Origin: Verrucomicrobiales bacterium
GTDB taxonomy: Bacteria > Verrucomicrobiota > Verrucomicrobiia > Verrucomicrobiales > V1-33
Length of the DNA stretch: 64,000 nt
Direction: 5' to 3'
NCBI GenBank assembly: GCA_031411295.1
Contig: JANOAV010000010.1
Coordinates: 25,367-89,366, forward strand
Part shown: positions 28,162 through 36,728 of the stretch, piece after piece
Position numbering within the stretch: position 1 is the first letter of the stretch
Layout of the letters: every line of letters starts with the position of its first letter
Made by a program: the position numbers and the translations under genes
Notes under the pieces: model-generated
What the model was told of the DNA's origin: nothing
What the model saw: only the letters and a program-made list of their open reading frames with translations
Databases searched by the model: none

Positions 28162-31100
28162 ATGCCCAAAGATCCTTCCATCAAAAAAATTCTCGTTATT
28201 GGCTCCGGCCCGATCGTTATCGGCCAGGGCTGTGAGTTCGATTATTCCGGTGTTCAAGCCTGCAAAGCCCTTCAGGAAGAAGGTTACATCGTCGTGCTCG
28301 TGAATTCCAATCCGGCCACGATCATGACGGACCCGGAATTTGCGAATCGCACCTACATCGAGCCGATTACGCCCGAAGTGGTGGAGAAAATCATTGAGGT
28401 CGAGAAGCCGGACGCGTTGCTGCCCACGCTGGGCGGCCAGACGGCTTTGAATTGCAGCATGACGCTGTTTCGCACTGGGGTGCTGGAGAAGCATGGCGTG
28501 AAGATGATCGGAGCCAATGCGGATGCGATTGAGAAGGGCGAGGACCGATTGTTGTTCAAGAACGCAATGCTCAAGATTGGGCTGGATTTACCGCACTCTG
28601 GCGTGGCTCACACGATGGAAGAGGCACGGAAAATTGCTGAGGAAATCGGCCGTTTCCCATTGATCATTCGTCCGGCTTACACGCTGGGTGGCACAGGCGG
28701 CGGCATTGCTTATAACAAGGAAGAATTCGAAACCATTGTGACTTACGGGTTGGACATGAGCCCGGTCACGGAAGTGCTGGTGGAGGAATCCCTGTTGGGT
28801 TGGAAGGAATTTGAAATGGAGGTCATGCGCGACCGGAACGACAACTGCGTCGTCATTTGTTCCATTGAAAATCTCGATCCCATGGGCGTCCATACGGGCG
28901 ATTCCATCACGGTGGCTCCCATCCAGACGCTGACGGATCGCGAGTATCAGATCATGCGGGACTATTCGTTTGCTTGTATCCGGGAAATCGGGGTGGAAAC
29001 GGGCGGCTCTAACATCCAGTTCGCCATGGACCCGGAGACGGGCCGGATGATTGTCATTGAAATGAATCCGCGGGTGAGTCGGAGTTCCGCGCTGGCTTCC
29101 AAGGCCACCGGATTCCCCATCGCGAAGATCGCTGCCAAGCTGGCTGTAGGTTACACGCTGGATGAACTGAAGAACGACATCACTCGTGAAACACCCGCCA
29201 GTTTCGAGCCTACCATCGATTACTGCGTGGTGAAAATTCCCCGTTTCACTTTCGAAAAATTCCCCGCTGCTGATCCTACGTTGACGACCCAAATGAAGTC
29301 CGTAGGCGAGGCCATGGCCATCGGACGCACATTTAAAGAAGCCCTGCAAAAAGCCCTGCGCTCGCTGGAAACCGGTCGTGCGGGTCTGGGAGCGGACGGC
29401 AAGGATCCCGTGAATCCCAGCAAGGAAGAAATCACCCGCATGTTGAGCGTGCCCAACGCCGAACGCATCTTCTGGCTAGCCGTCGCCCTGCGCGAAGGTT
29501 ACTCCGTCGAGGAAATTTTCGACATGTCGAAGATCGATCCATGGTTCCTGAGGAATATTGAGGAGATTGTGTTGCTGGAGAAACTCATCCCAACACAGAC
29601 CAGTGAGGCCCTGATTGCCGCAATTCCTGAAAAGGACCGCAACGAGGAAACGAAGGCACTGGCTCTTCGCACCGCCATGCTGAAGTGGAAGCGTGCAGGC
29701 TTCTCCGACAAGCAACTCGCGTTTCTCTTTGGTATTCCAGAAGATCACATTCGCGCAGGCCGCAAGAAATATGGCATCATCCCCACCTACCGCCTCGTGG
29801 ACACTTGCGCGGCGGAGTTTGAGGCCTTCACGCCTTACTATTATTCCACCTACGGCTTAGAGAACGAAACGCGTCCTAGCACGAAACGCAAAGTCATGAT
29901 TCTCGGTGGCGGCCCTAACCGGATCGGTCAGGGCATTGAGTTCGATTACTGTTGCGTGCACGCGGCCTTTGCGCTGCGGGAAATGGGCTTTGAGACTATC
30001 ATGGTCAACTCCAATCCCGAGACCGTTTCCACCGATTACGATACTTCCGACCGACTCTATTTCGAGCCGCTCACATTCGAGGACGTGATGAACATTTACG
30101 AAAACGAACAGTGCTGGGGCATCATCGTTCAGCTGGGCGGACAGACTCCGCTGAATTTGGCGGCACGCCTGGAAGACGCTGGTTGCAACGTCATTGGCAC
30201 CTCGCCCAAGAACATCGAGCTGGCGGAAGACCGCAAATTCTTCGCCAAATTGCTCGATGATCTGAAACTGAATCAAGCCCCGAGCGGCACCGCCGTTAAT
30301 GAAGACGAAGCCGTGGCCATTGCGGATCGCATCAAATACCCCGTGCTCGTCCGACCCAGCTTCGTGTTAGGCGGTCGCGCCATGATGATCGTTTATAGCG
30401 ACGACGAACTCCGCCACTACATGCGGAATGCCGTCAAGGCTTCGCCTGAACGTCCCGTGTTAGTGGATCGATTCCTCGAAGACGCGGCGGAAGTGGATGT
30501 GGATGTTATTTCCGATGGCGAAACGACCGTGGTCGGAGCCATCATGGAGCACATCGAACAAGCCGGCGTGCACAGTGGCGACAGCGCTTGCGTGATCCCT
30601 GCGTTCGGCCTCAGCGAGCCTGTGAAGAAGGAAATCATGCGAGCCGCCAAGGAACTCGCCAAGGCGCTCAACGTCATCGGCCTCATGAATATCCAATTTG
30701 CCGTGAAGGATGAAGTCCTCTACGTCATCGAAGTGAACCCACGCGCCAGCCGCACCGTGCCATTTGTCAGCAAAGCGATCGGTCGCCCCATGGCGAAATT
30801 TGCCGCCAAGATCATGGCCAGCGACGGTCTGAAGCGCGCCGGCATCACGGACATGGACATCATTTCCCTGAAGACCCTGGGCTTCACCACCGAGATCATC
30901 CCCACGCATTACAACGTGAAGGAAGCCGTCTTCCCGTTCGCGAAATTCCCCGGCATCGACATCACCCTCGGGCCGGAAATGCGCAGCACGGGCGAAGTTA
31001 TGGGCATCGATGCGGACCACGCCATGGCCTACGCCAAGAGCCAGATTGCCGCTGGAAACAGCCTCCCACTGGGCGGAAACATGTTCATCAGCGTGCGCGA

Positions 31101-31467
31101 TCGGCATAAGGACCGCATCGCAGAACTGGCCAAGGACTTTGCCGATCTGGGCTTCAAACTCTACGCCACTAACGGCACGCATAAAGTCATCACCGCCGCC
31201 GGAGTCGCCTGCCAGCAACTGCACAAACTCCAAGAAGGTCGTCGCCCGAACGTGTTGGACATGATCAAGAACGGAGAAATCTCCCTGATCTTGAACACGC
31301 CGGACGAACGCCAGCCCGGCAAAGACGAAGTCCGCATCCGCAGTGCCGCCGTCTCCGCCCGCGTCCCCATCATCACCACCCTCCGCGGAGCCCGCGCCAG
31401 CGCCAACGCCGTCAAGAGCTTGCAGAATAATCAACTCCGCGTGAAGCCACTCCAGGAGTATCATTGA
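28162..31467 (+). CDS. carB: Carbamoyl-phosphate synthase large subunit
   Basis: [30 protein letters not shown]; duplicated ATP-grasp halves; C-terminal MGS domain. Confidence 0.98.
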   Translation: MPKDPSIKKILVIGSGPIVIGQGCEFDYSGVQACKALQEEGYIVVLVNSNPATIMTDPEFANRTYIEPITPEVVEKIIEVEKPDALLPTLGGQTALNCSMTLFRTGVLEKHGVKMIGANADAIEKGEDRLLFKNAMLKIGLDLPHSGVAHTMEEARKIAEEIGRFPLIIRPAYTLGGTGGGIAYNKEEFETIVTYGLDMSPVTEVLVEESLLGWKEFEMEVMRDRNDNCVVICSIENLDPMGVHTGDSITVAPIQTLTDREYQIMRDYSFACIREIGVETGGSNIQFAMDPETGRMIVIEMNPRVSRSSALASKATGFPIAKIAAKLAVGYTLDELKNDITRETPASFEPTIDYCVVKIPRFTFEKFPAADPTLTTQMKSVGEAMAIGRTFKEALQKALRSLETGRAGLGADGKDPVNPSKEEITRMLSVPNAERIFWLAVALREGYSVEEIFDMSKIDPWFLRNIEEIVLLEKLIPTQTSEALIAAIPEKDRNEETKALALRTAMLKWKRAGFSDKQLAFLFGIPEDHIRAGRKKYGIIPTYRLVDTCAAEFEAFTPYYYSTYGLENETRPSTKRKVMILGGGPNRIGQGIEFDYCCVHAAFALREMGFETIMVNSNPETVSTDYDTSDRLYFEPLTFEDVMNIYENEQCWGIIVQLGGQTPLNLAARLEDAGCNVIGTSPKNIELAEDRKFFAKLLDDLKLNQAPSGTAVNEDEAVAIADRIKYPVLVRPSFVLGGRAMMIVYSDDELRHYMRNAVKASPERPVLVDRFLEDAAEVDVDVISDGETTVVGAIMEHIEQAGVHSGDSACVIPAFGLSEPVKKEIMRAAKELAKALNVIGLMNIQFAVKDEVLYVIEVNPRASRTVPFVSKAIGRPMAKFAAKIMASDGLKRAGITDMDIISLKTLGFTTEIIPTHYNVKEAVFPFAKFPGIDITLGPEMRSTGEVMGIDADHAMAYAKSQIAAGNSLPLGGNMFISVRDRHKDRIAELAKDFADLGFKLYATNGTHKVITAAGVACQQLHKLQEGRRPNVLDMIKNGEISLILNTPDERQPGKDEVRIRSAAVSARVPIITTLRGARASANAVKSLQNNQLRVKPLQEYH

Positions 31468-31471
31468 GCAA

Positions 31472-31494
31472 GGAGGGGGAGCGTCTCGCTCCCC
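31472..31494 (+). repeat. REP-like hairpin GGAG-GGGGAGCG-TCT-CGCTCCCC
   Basis: Perfect 8-bp stem preceded by GGAG, immediately after the carB stop. Confidence 0.55.
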
Positions 31495-31518
31495 AGTTAA
31501 GAAAGGAACCACCACCCT

Positions 31519-32127
31519 ATGCCAGCGAAAAAGACCATTAATAAAAAAGCTACCTCTAAGAAAGCCGCTTCATCCAAACTCCCCAGCGCAGCCATCAAGG
31601 TTAGGGTGACACTGCTTTACACCAAGCCTCCGATCTGGCGGGAATTCTTGGTAAGCCCTGCCATGAAATTGAGTCATTTTTGTGGCCTGCTCCAAGCTGG
31701 CATGGGTTGGGAGGGAGGGCACCTAGATGAATTAGTCAAAGGGCGGGAGCGCTATGCCGCACCAAGCCCATTTGGAGAGGACGAGTTTGATGAAGACACC
31801 AAGCAAGCCTCCAAGTTTAAGGTAAGCGACGTGCTTTCAAAGAAGGGGTCAAAATGCCATTACTTGTATGACTTTGGAGACTCTTGGGAGCATGAGATAA
31901 CGGTGATAGAGACGGGCCTCACCCACGCTGGCAAACTGCCCGTCTGTGTCGCTGGGGCGCGGGCCTGCCCGCCAGAGGACTGTGGTGGCAACCCTGGGTA
32001 TGAAGACCTTTGCGAAGCGATGAAAAACAAGAAGCATCCCGAGCGGGAAAGCCTCATCGAGTGGTTGGGTGAAGTTTACGATCCTGAGGCCTTCGATCTT
32101 GCTGAAGTAAATCAGCGGTTGTGCTAA
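31519..32127 (+). CDS. Plasmid pRiA4b ORF-3 family protein
   Basis: PPIWR, QAGMGWEGGHL, YLYDFGDSWEH, GARACPPEDCGG..GY. Confidence 0.92.
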   Translation: MPAKKTINKKATSKKAASSKLPSAAIKVRVTLLYTKPPIWREFLVSPAMKLSHFCGLLQAGMGWEGGHLDELVKGRERYAAPSPFGEDEFDEDTKQASKFKVSDVLSKKGSKCHYLYDFGDSWEHEITVIETGLTHAGKLPVCVAGARACPPEDCGGNPGYEDLCEAMKNKKHPERESLIEWLGEVYDPEAFDLAEVNQRLC

Positions 32128-32221
32128 AGCAGTTGATCTCGACCACTATCGTATGCGATCTCTAGCAAGAGAGCGCAGATGCTCCCCAGACGTTAACCCC
32201 CGAGGCCTTGATCCGCCGAGC

Positions 32222-32239
32222 TTGTGAAATTTTTCACAA
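32222..32239. promoter_or_regulatory. Palindromic operator TTGTGAA-ATTT-TTCACAA (Rex consensus; also fits CRP TGTGA-N6-TCACA)
   Basis: Perfect 7-bp arms, 58 bp upstream of nuoD, next to a TTGCCG-N16-TACTCT promoter candidate (32247-32274). Confidence 0.75.
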
Positions 32240-32297
32240 ATTCACCTTGCCGCGCTTCCGGGCGCTTTTACTCTAAAAAAATTCCATTTCCCAGCCC

Positions 32298-33557
32298 ATG
32301 AGCACAATAGTTAGAGAGATCGACGCCCCGGATGTTGCCGCGCGTGCTGCCCAGCACGTGCAGGACCACCATGATTCCGCCCCCGATCTGATGGGTGAGA
32401 AGCTGATTCTAAACATGGGTCCAAGTCACCCGGCCACGCATGGCGTGTTGCGTTTGGTGCTGGAATTGGACGGTGAGATCATCACCAAGGCCATTCCGGA
32501 TGTGGGTTACTTGCATCGGGGCGACGAGAAGATTGCGGAGAACATGCATTATAACCAATTCGTGCCCTACACGGACCGATTGGATTATCTGGCTCCGTTG
32601 GCGAACAACGTGGCGTATGCCATGGCAGTGGAAAAGCTGCTGGGTTGGGAACTGCCGCCCCGGGGGCAGGCCATCCGCGTGCTGTGTTGCGAGTTAGCGC
32701 GGATTTCTGCTCACTTGTTGGGCGTGGGGGTGTTCGCCATGGATGTGGGCGCGATGACGGTGTTCCTCTACACGTTTGCTGAGCGCGAAAAAATTTACAA
32801 TCTAAGCGAGCACCTGACTGGCGCGCGTTTCACGACGAGCTACACCCGCGTGGGTGGGATGACGCGGGATTTGCCACCGGGATTTGTGGAGCGGGTGCGG
32901 AAGTTTATCGACGGGTTCCTGCCGATCGTGGATGAGACCGATGCATTGCTGACGCGGAACCAAATTTTCATCGACCGCACGCGCGATGTCGGCGTGATTA
33001 CGAAGGACCGGGCGGTTGCCTATGGCATTACCGGCCCGAATCTCCGGGCCTCCGGGGTGGATTACGATTTGCGCAAAGCGCACCCTTACTTGGGTTACGA
33101 GAAATATGAGTTCGACATCCCAATTGGTGAGGTGGGAGACTGCTATGATCGCTATCTGGTGCGGATGGAGGAAATGCGTCAGAGCGTGCGGATCATCAAC
33201 CAAGTGCTGGATACGTTGCCGGACGGGCCCATCAATTACGAGGATCCCAAGAACCGTCTCCCGGAGAAGGAGCGCGTCATGATGAGCATGGAGGAATTGA
33301 TCCACCACTTCATTATTGCCACCCAAGGCGTCGATGTGCCGCCGGGGGAAATTTACTTCGGTCACGAGAACCCCAAGGGGGAGCTAGGATTTTACATTCA
33401 CAGCAAGGGAGGCGGGGTGCCGCATCGGTTGAAGATCCGCAGCCCCAGCTTCGTGAATTTGAGTATTGTGCCAGAGATTCTTCCCGGCCACATGATTTCC
33501 GATGTGCCCGCAATTCTGGGTAGCTTGGATTTCGTGATGGGCGAATGTGATCGGTGA
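32298..33557 (+). CDS. nuoD: NADH-quinone oxidoreductase subunit D
   Basis: LNMGPSHPATHGVLRL, GYLHRG.EK, DRLDY, GDCYDRY, ENPKGELG, LDFVMGECDR. Confidence 0.96.
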   Translation: MSTIVREIDAPDVAARAAQHVQDHHDSAPDLMGEKLILNMGPSHPATHGVLRLVLELDGEIITKAIPDVGYLHRGDEKIAENMHYNQFVPYTDRLDYLAPLANNVAYAMAVEKLLGWELPPRGQAIRVLCCELARISAHLLGVGVFAMDVGAMTVFLYTFAEREKIYNLSEHLTGARFTTSYTRVGGMTRDLPPGFVERVRKFIDGFLPIVDETDALLTRNQIFIDRTRDVGVITKDRAVAYGITGPNLRASGVDYDLRKAHPYLGYEKYEFDIPIGEVGDCYDRYLVRMEEMRQSVRIINQVLDTLPDGPINYEDPKNRLPEKERVMMSMEELIHHFIIATQGVDVPPGEIYFGHENPKGELGFYIHSKGGGVPHRLKIRSPSFVNLSIVPEILPGHMISDVPAILGSLDFVMGECDR

Positions 33558-33671
33558 GGTCGCACCCCGGGACGCTCCTCCGCGAAATACCGCTTTGCTA
33601 AATCGGGAAGTGGGTAATATGGGCGGCGGATTCGTGATTACGGGTTCGGGGGTAAAAGTTGTGTCCGTTTT

Positions 33672-33698
33672 GAACTTTCGAACATTTGCGGTGTCTTA
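33672..33698 (+). promoter_or_regulatory. RpoE-like ECF promoter candidate GAACTT-N16-TCTTA
   Basis: Resembles the sigmaE-type consensus; 64 bp upstream of the T2SS-like operon; single copy. Confidence 0.4.
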
Positions 33699-33762
33699 CC
33701 CTGTCCGCACTCCTTATCATCCACCTCAATCTTGAATCCGAACTCTTGAAGCTTCCTTCCGC

Positions 33763-35010
33763 ATGTCCAACGTAACCCCCACCACCAGCATCTGCATTCC
33801 AGGCGAAGACGCTTGGGAACTCTGGAAACAGAGTCCCACGGGAATGCACCTGGCTCAGAGCATGCGTCTTGAGAACGGGGGGAGTCCGGCGGCGTTCAAA
33901 GCGGTCGATTGTTTCGGTTATCCCATCATTTCCGCTTTTGCGGTCCCGGTCTGGGCCGCTAGTAGCGATCCTGAGATCATTGATGGCGTGGTCAGTCTGC
34001 AATTGGAGAAAATGAGCCTGATGCCGGACAATCCGGTGGGGCAATTGCTGGATACCCGGATCATTGAGCGTGGGGAGAATCGCACTCTGGCTACGGCTAC
34101 GGTGCTGGACGAAAAGATCACGCCAGACTTGCCGCAGCTTCCGCCAGGTTCCTTCGAGGTCACACCAGCCCTATTTTATCTGCCGGACAATTCCATTATT
34201 CTCTGGAAGGAACTGGGCCGACTCGTGTTCTGTTTAACGCGGGGCGAGCACCCGGTTTACTTCCATGCGCTGACAGACTCCGAGCTGAGCCCGGCGGCGG
34301 TGGCGGAAATTTCCAGTTTGCTGATGCCGCTCTACATGCAGGAAATCGTGCCCGAACTGGATGGGATCGTGCTCTGGACGGATGCGATCGTGCCTGGATC
34401 CGACCGGGAGCTGTCCAATGAACTGCATCTGCCACTGAAGCGCCAGCCGAAGCCGGCCCCGGTGCTGCCGAAGACCCCGTCCAGTTTTGAGCCAGTGGCC
34501 ATTGCGCTGGGGAAAATTCGCGCTGCGAAACTCCGTCGCCTCCGTCGCATCGTTTCCACGTGCGCGGCGGTATATTTGGCGATCATTGCGGCCATGGTCG
34601 GCTGGCATTTGTGGAACGTCAGCGAGGCGGAAGAGATTAGCAAAAAAGTGGTCAGCCTGCGCGGCCAAGTCGGTTTCGTGGAGCCCACGGTGGCACAGTG
34701 GGAAGCGACGGAACCCCTGCGGGACCGGGATCGTTTCCCCATCGAACTCGTGCGGCGTTATCTGGAGCCACTGGCCGCCCGTCAGTTCGGCGGAGTCAAA
34801 GCCACCAGCGTTCGCGTGGAGGGGAATTCCGTTGAAATAAAGGGCGAATGTCAGGCCCAAAACGTAGGCATCAACTTCACCAACTGGCTGCGCACCAACG
34901 CCGATACCAAAGGAAATGATTGGACCGGACCCACTTGGGGGCCGGCCCGCAATGGCATCTTCACATTCACTATCAACGGCAAACGGAAGGAAGCGGAAAA
35001 TGACACTTAA
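33763..35010 (+). CDS. Type II secretion/type IV pilus assembly-platform protein (GspL / PilM-PilN-like)
   Basis: Cytoplasmic domain, single TM, short coiled coil and VEIKGE C-domain; first gene of an operon ending in a secretin. Confidence 0.65.
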   Translation: MSNVTPTTSICIPGEDAWELWKQSPTGMHLAQSMRLENGGSPAAFKAVDCFGYPIISAFAVPVWAASSDPEIIDGVVSLQLEKMSLMPDNPVGQLLDTRIIERGENRTLATATVLDEKITPDLPQLPPGSFEVTPALFYLPDNSIILWKELGRLVFCLTRGEHPVYFHALTDSELSPAAVAEISSLLMPLYMQEIVPELDGIVLWTDAIVPGSDRELSNELHLPLKRQPKPAPVLPKTPSSFEPVAIALGKIRAAKLRRLRRIVSTCAAVYLAIIAAMVGWHLWNVSEAEEISKKVVSLRGQVGFVEPTVAQWEATEPLRDRDRFPIELVRRYLEPLAARQFGGVKATSVRVEGNSVEIKGECQAQNVGINFTNWLRTNADTKGNDWTGPTWGPARNGIFTFTINGKRKEAENDT

Positions 35011-35707
35011 ACCCAGCGAAAAGCGCCTGCTCACCGCGTTCGGCATTGTAGTTTTTCTGATCGTAAACTTTGCCGCCTTCACCTTCTGGCAGGAGAAAGA
35101 GGTCAAAGTGGTCAGCAAGAAAGCATCGCTAACCAAGGAACTCAAACGCCTGGAAGGCTTGAAATCAAAGGTGCCCATCGCTCGTGAATACGAAGCGGCT
35201 TTGGCGCAATATCTGAAACGTTACGACTCGCTGGATACGCGCGACACCTACCTCACGACTTTCGTCCAGACCGCGGTCGATAAGCTAGGGCTCAAGTTAG
35301 CCAAAAACGCCCCGCTCGCAGGGGAGCAGCCAAACCCAGACCAACCCGCCAAGTTCATCAAATCCGCCTATCGTGCGGAAGTCAGCGGAGACTGGAAGAA
35401 GGTGCTGGAGTTTATTTATGGGCTGCAAGAGCCGACCGAGTTTCGTTATGTCAAGAGCTTGGTGCTGAGCACCCGCAAGAACGAGGCCAACGATGGTGTG
35501 AGCGATCTCGTCTGTGACTTCACGCTGCAAAAATGGTGGAATCCTCAAAGTGACGAACTCTTGGCCGAGGCCGCCGCAGCTGCCGCAGAACCCGCGCCTG
35601 CCGCAGAGACCACCGCCCCAAAAGAATCTGAACAAAACTCCCCGCCGGCGGTCGGAACTAATGGTGCGCAGCCAGCGCTTGGCACACCCGCCCCCAACGT
35701 CCAATAA
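35000..35707 (+). CDS. GspM/PilO-like protein
   Basis: LKPSEKRLL + TM + coiled coil + EVSGDWKKVLEFIYGLQ. Confidence 0.7.
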   Translation: MTLKPSEKRLLTAFGIVVFLIVNFAAFTFWQEKEVKVVSKKASLTKELKRLEGLKSKVPIAREYEAALAQYLKRYDSLDTRDTYLTTFVQTAVDKLGLKLAKNAPLAGEQPNPDQPAKFIKSAYRAEVSGDWKKVLEFIYGLQEPTEFRYVKSLVLSTRKNEANDGVSDLVCDFTLQKWWNPQSDELLAEAAAAAAEPAPAAETTAPKESEQNSPPAVGTNGAQPALGTPAPNVQ

Positions 35708-35724
35708 TCTTTCCGCTTCCAGTC

Positions 35725-36633
35725 ATGAAAACCTCCCTGCTGCTCGCTAGCCTGCTGACCCTGACCGTCCAAACCAAACTCAAAGCCGAGGCCACTCCGC
35801 CGACCGCTGATGGTGAAGTTAAGACTTCCGTCATGGAAACCAAGACTTACGGACTGGACCGCTACCAGCGGCTGATGGCGAAGTCCCCGTTTGATTTCGA
35901 AGTGCCTGAAGTGGCTCCACCGCCACCCATTCCCGCCATGCAGGACTGGGCGCTGGCGGGTTTGACCAAGGCGACGGATTACTCGGTGGTGAATTTGGTG
36001 AATCTGAAGACCCAGGAGCGCCTGCGCTTAACCCGTTACATGGCCCCGCCGTCCAGCAAGGCCAATCAAACCAAGTCTGGCTCCGATATTTTCACCTTGG
36101 AATCAATTCAATTTGAAGAAGGCAAACCGATGACGGTGAAAAATGCCACTGCGATGGTGACCAAGAATGGCGAGCAAGGTTCCGTGGCGTTCGATGCCAA
36201 AGTATTGCAGATGAAGGCCGCCCCGGGCAAAGGCGCCATGCCCATGATACCTGGAGCCCAGCCCGCCAATGGCCAGCCGGTCCCGAACAATGGGCAACCC
36301 GGAGGCGCTAATGGGTCCAACCAAGCGCTCCTGCAAATGCTGCAACAGCGCAATGCAGCCCAGCCGCAGGGCGGGGGCGCAGCCCCCCAACCAACCAACC
36401 CAGGGAACCCCGCCGTGCCGAACTTGCCTAACCAGCTCGCGCCCCAAGGACAACCAGCGCAGCCCCAACAACCCGTGGTGCCGCAGCAGCCTGCCGTTTA
36501 CAGCAATACCGGCGGCGGCACCAATCCTGCGGCAGGAGCAAACAATGGCAACGCGCCCGCTCCAGCGGCCCGTCGGCGGGTGGTGCTTCCAACCAACGAA
36601 CCAGTTCCGGTCCCCGGGGCGGCTAACCAATAA
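35725..36633 (+). CDS. GspC/PilP-like protein with Pro/Gln/Asn-rich tail
   Basis: Signal/TM; RYQRLMAKSPF, WALAGL; position before the secretin. Confidence 0.55.
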   Translation: MKTSLLLASLLTLTVQTKLKAEATPPTADGEVKTSVMETKTYGLDRYQRLMAKSPFDFEVPEVAPPPPIPAMQDWALAGLTKATDYSVVNLVNLKTQERLRLTRYMAPPSSKANQTKSGSDIFTLESIQFEEGKPMTVKNATAMVTKNGEQGSVAFDAKVLQMKAAPGKGAMPMIPGAQPANGQPVPNNGQPGGANGSNQALLQMLQQRNAAQPQGGGAAPQPTNPGNPAVPNLPNQLAPQGQPAQPQQPVVPQQPAVYSNTGGGTNPAAGANNGNAPAPAARRRVVLPTNEPVPVPGAANQ

Positions 36634-36728
36634 TTTAGGCAAACTTTCCCACGTTGCCGGATCGAATTTACTCGCCAGCCGCGCAATTTACCTTCACTCT
36701 CCATCTCCGTCTCCTGACTCCCTTCTTC

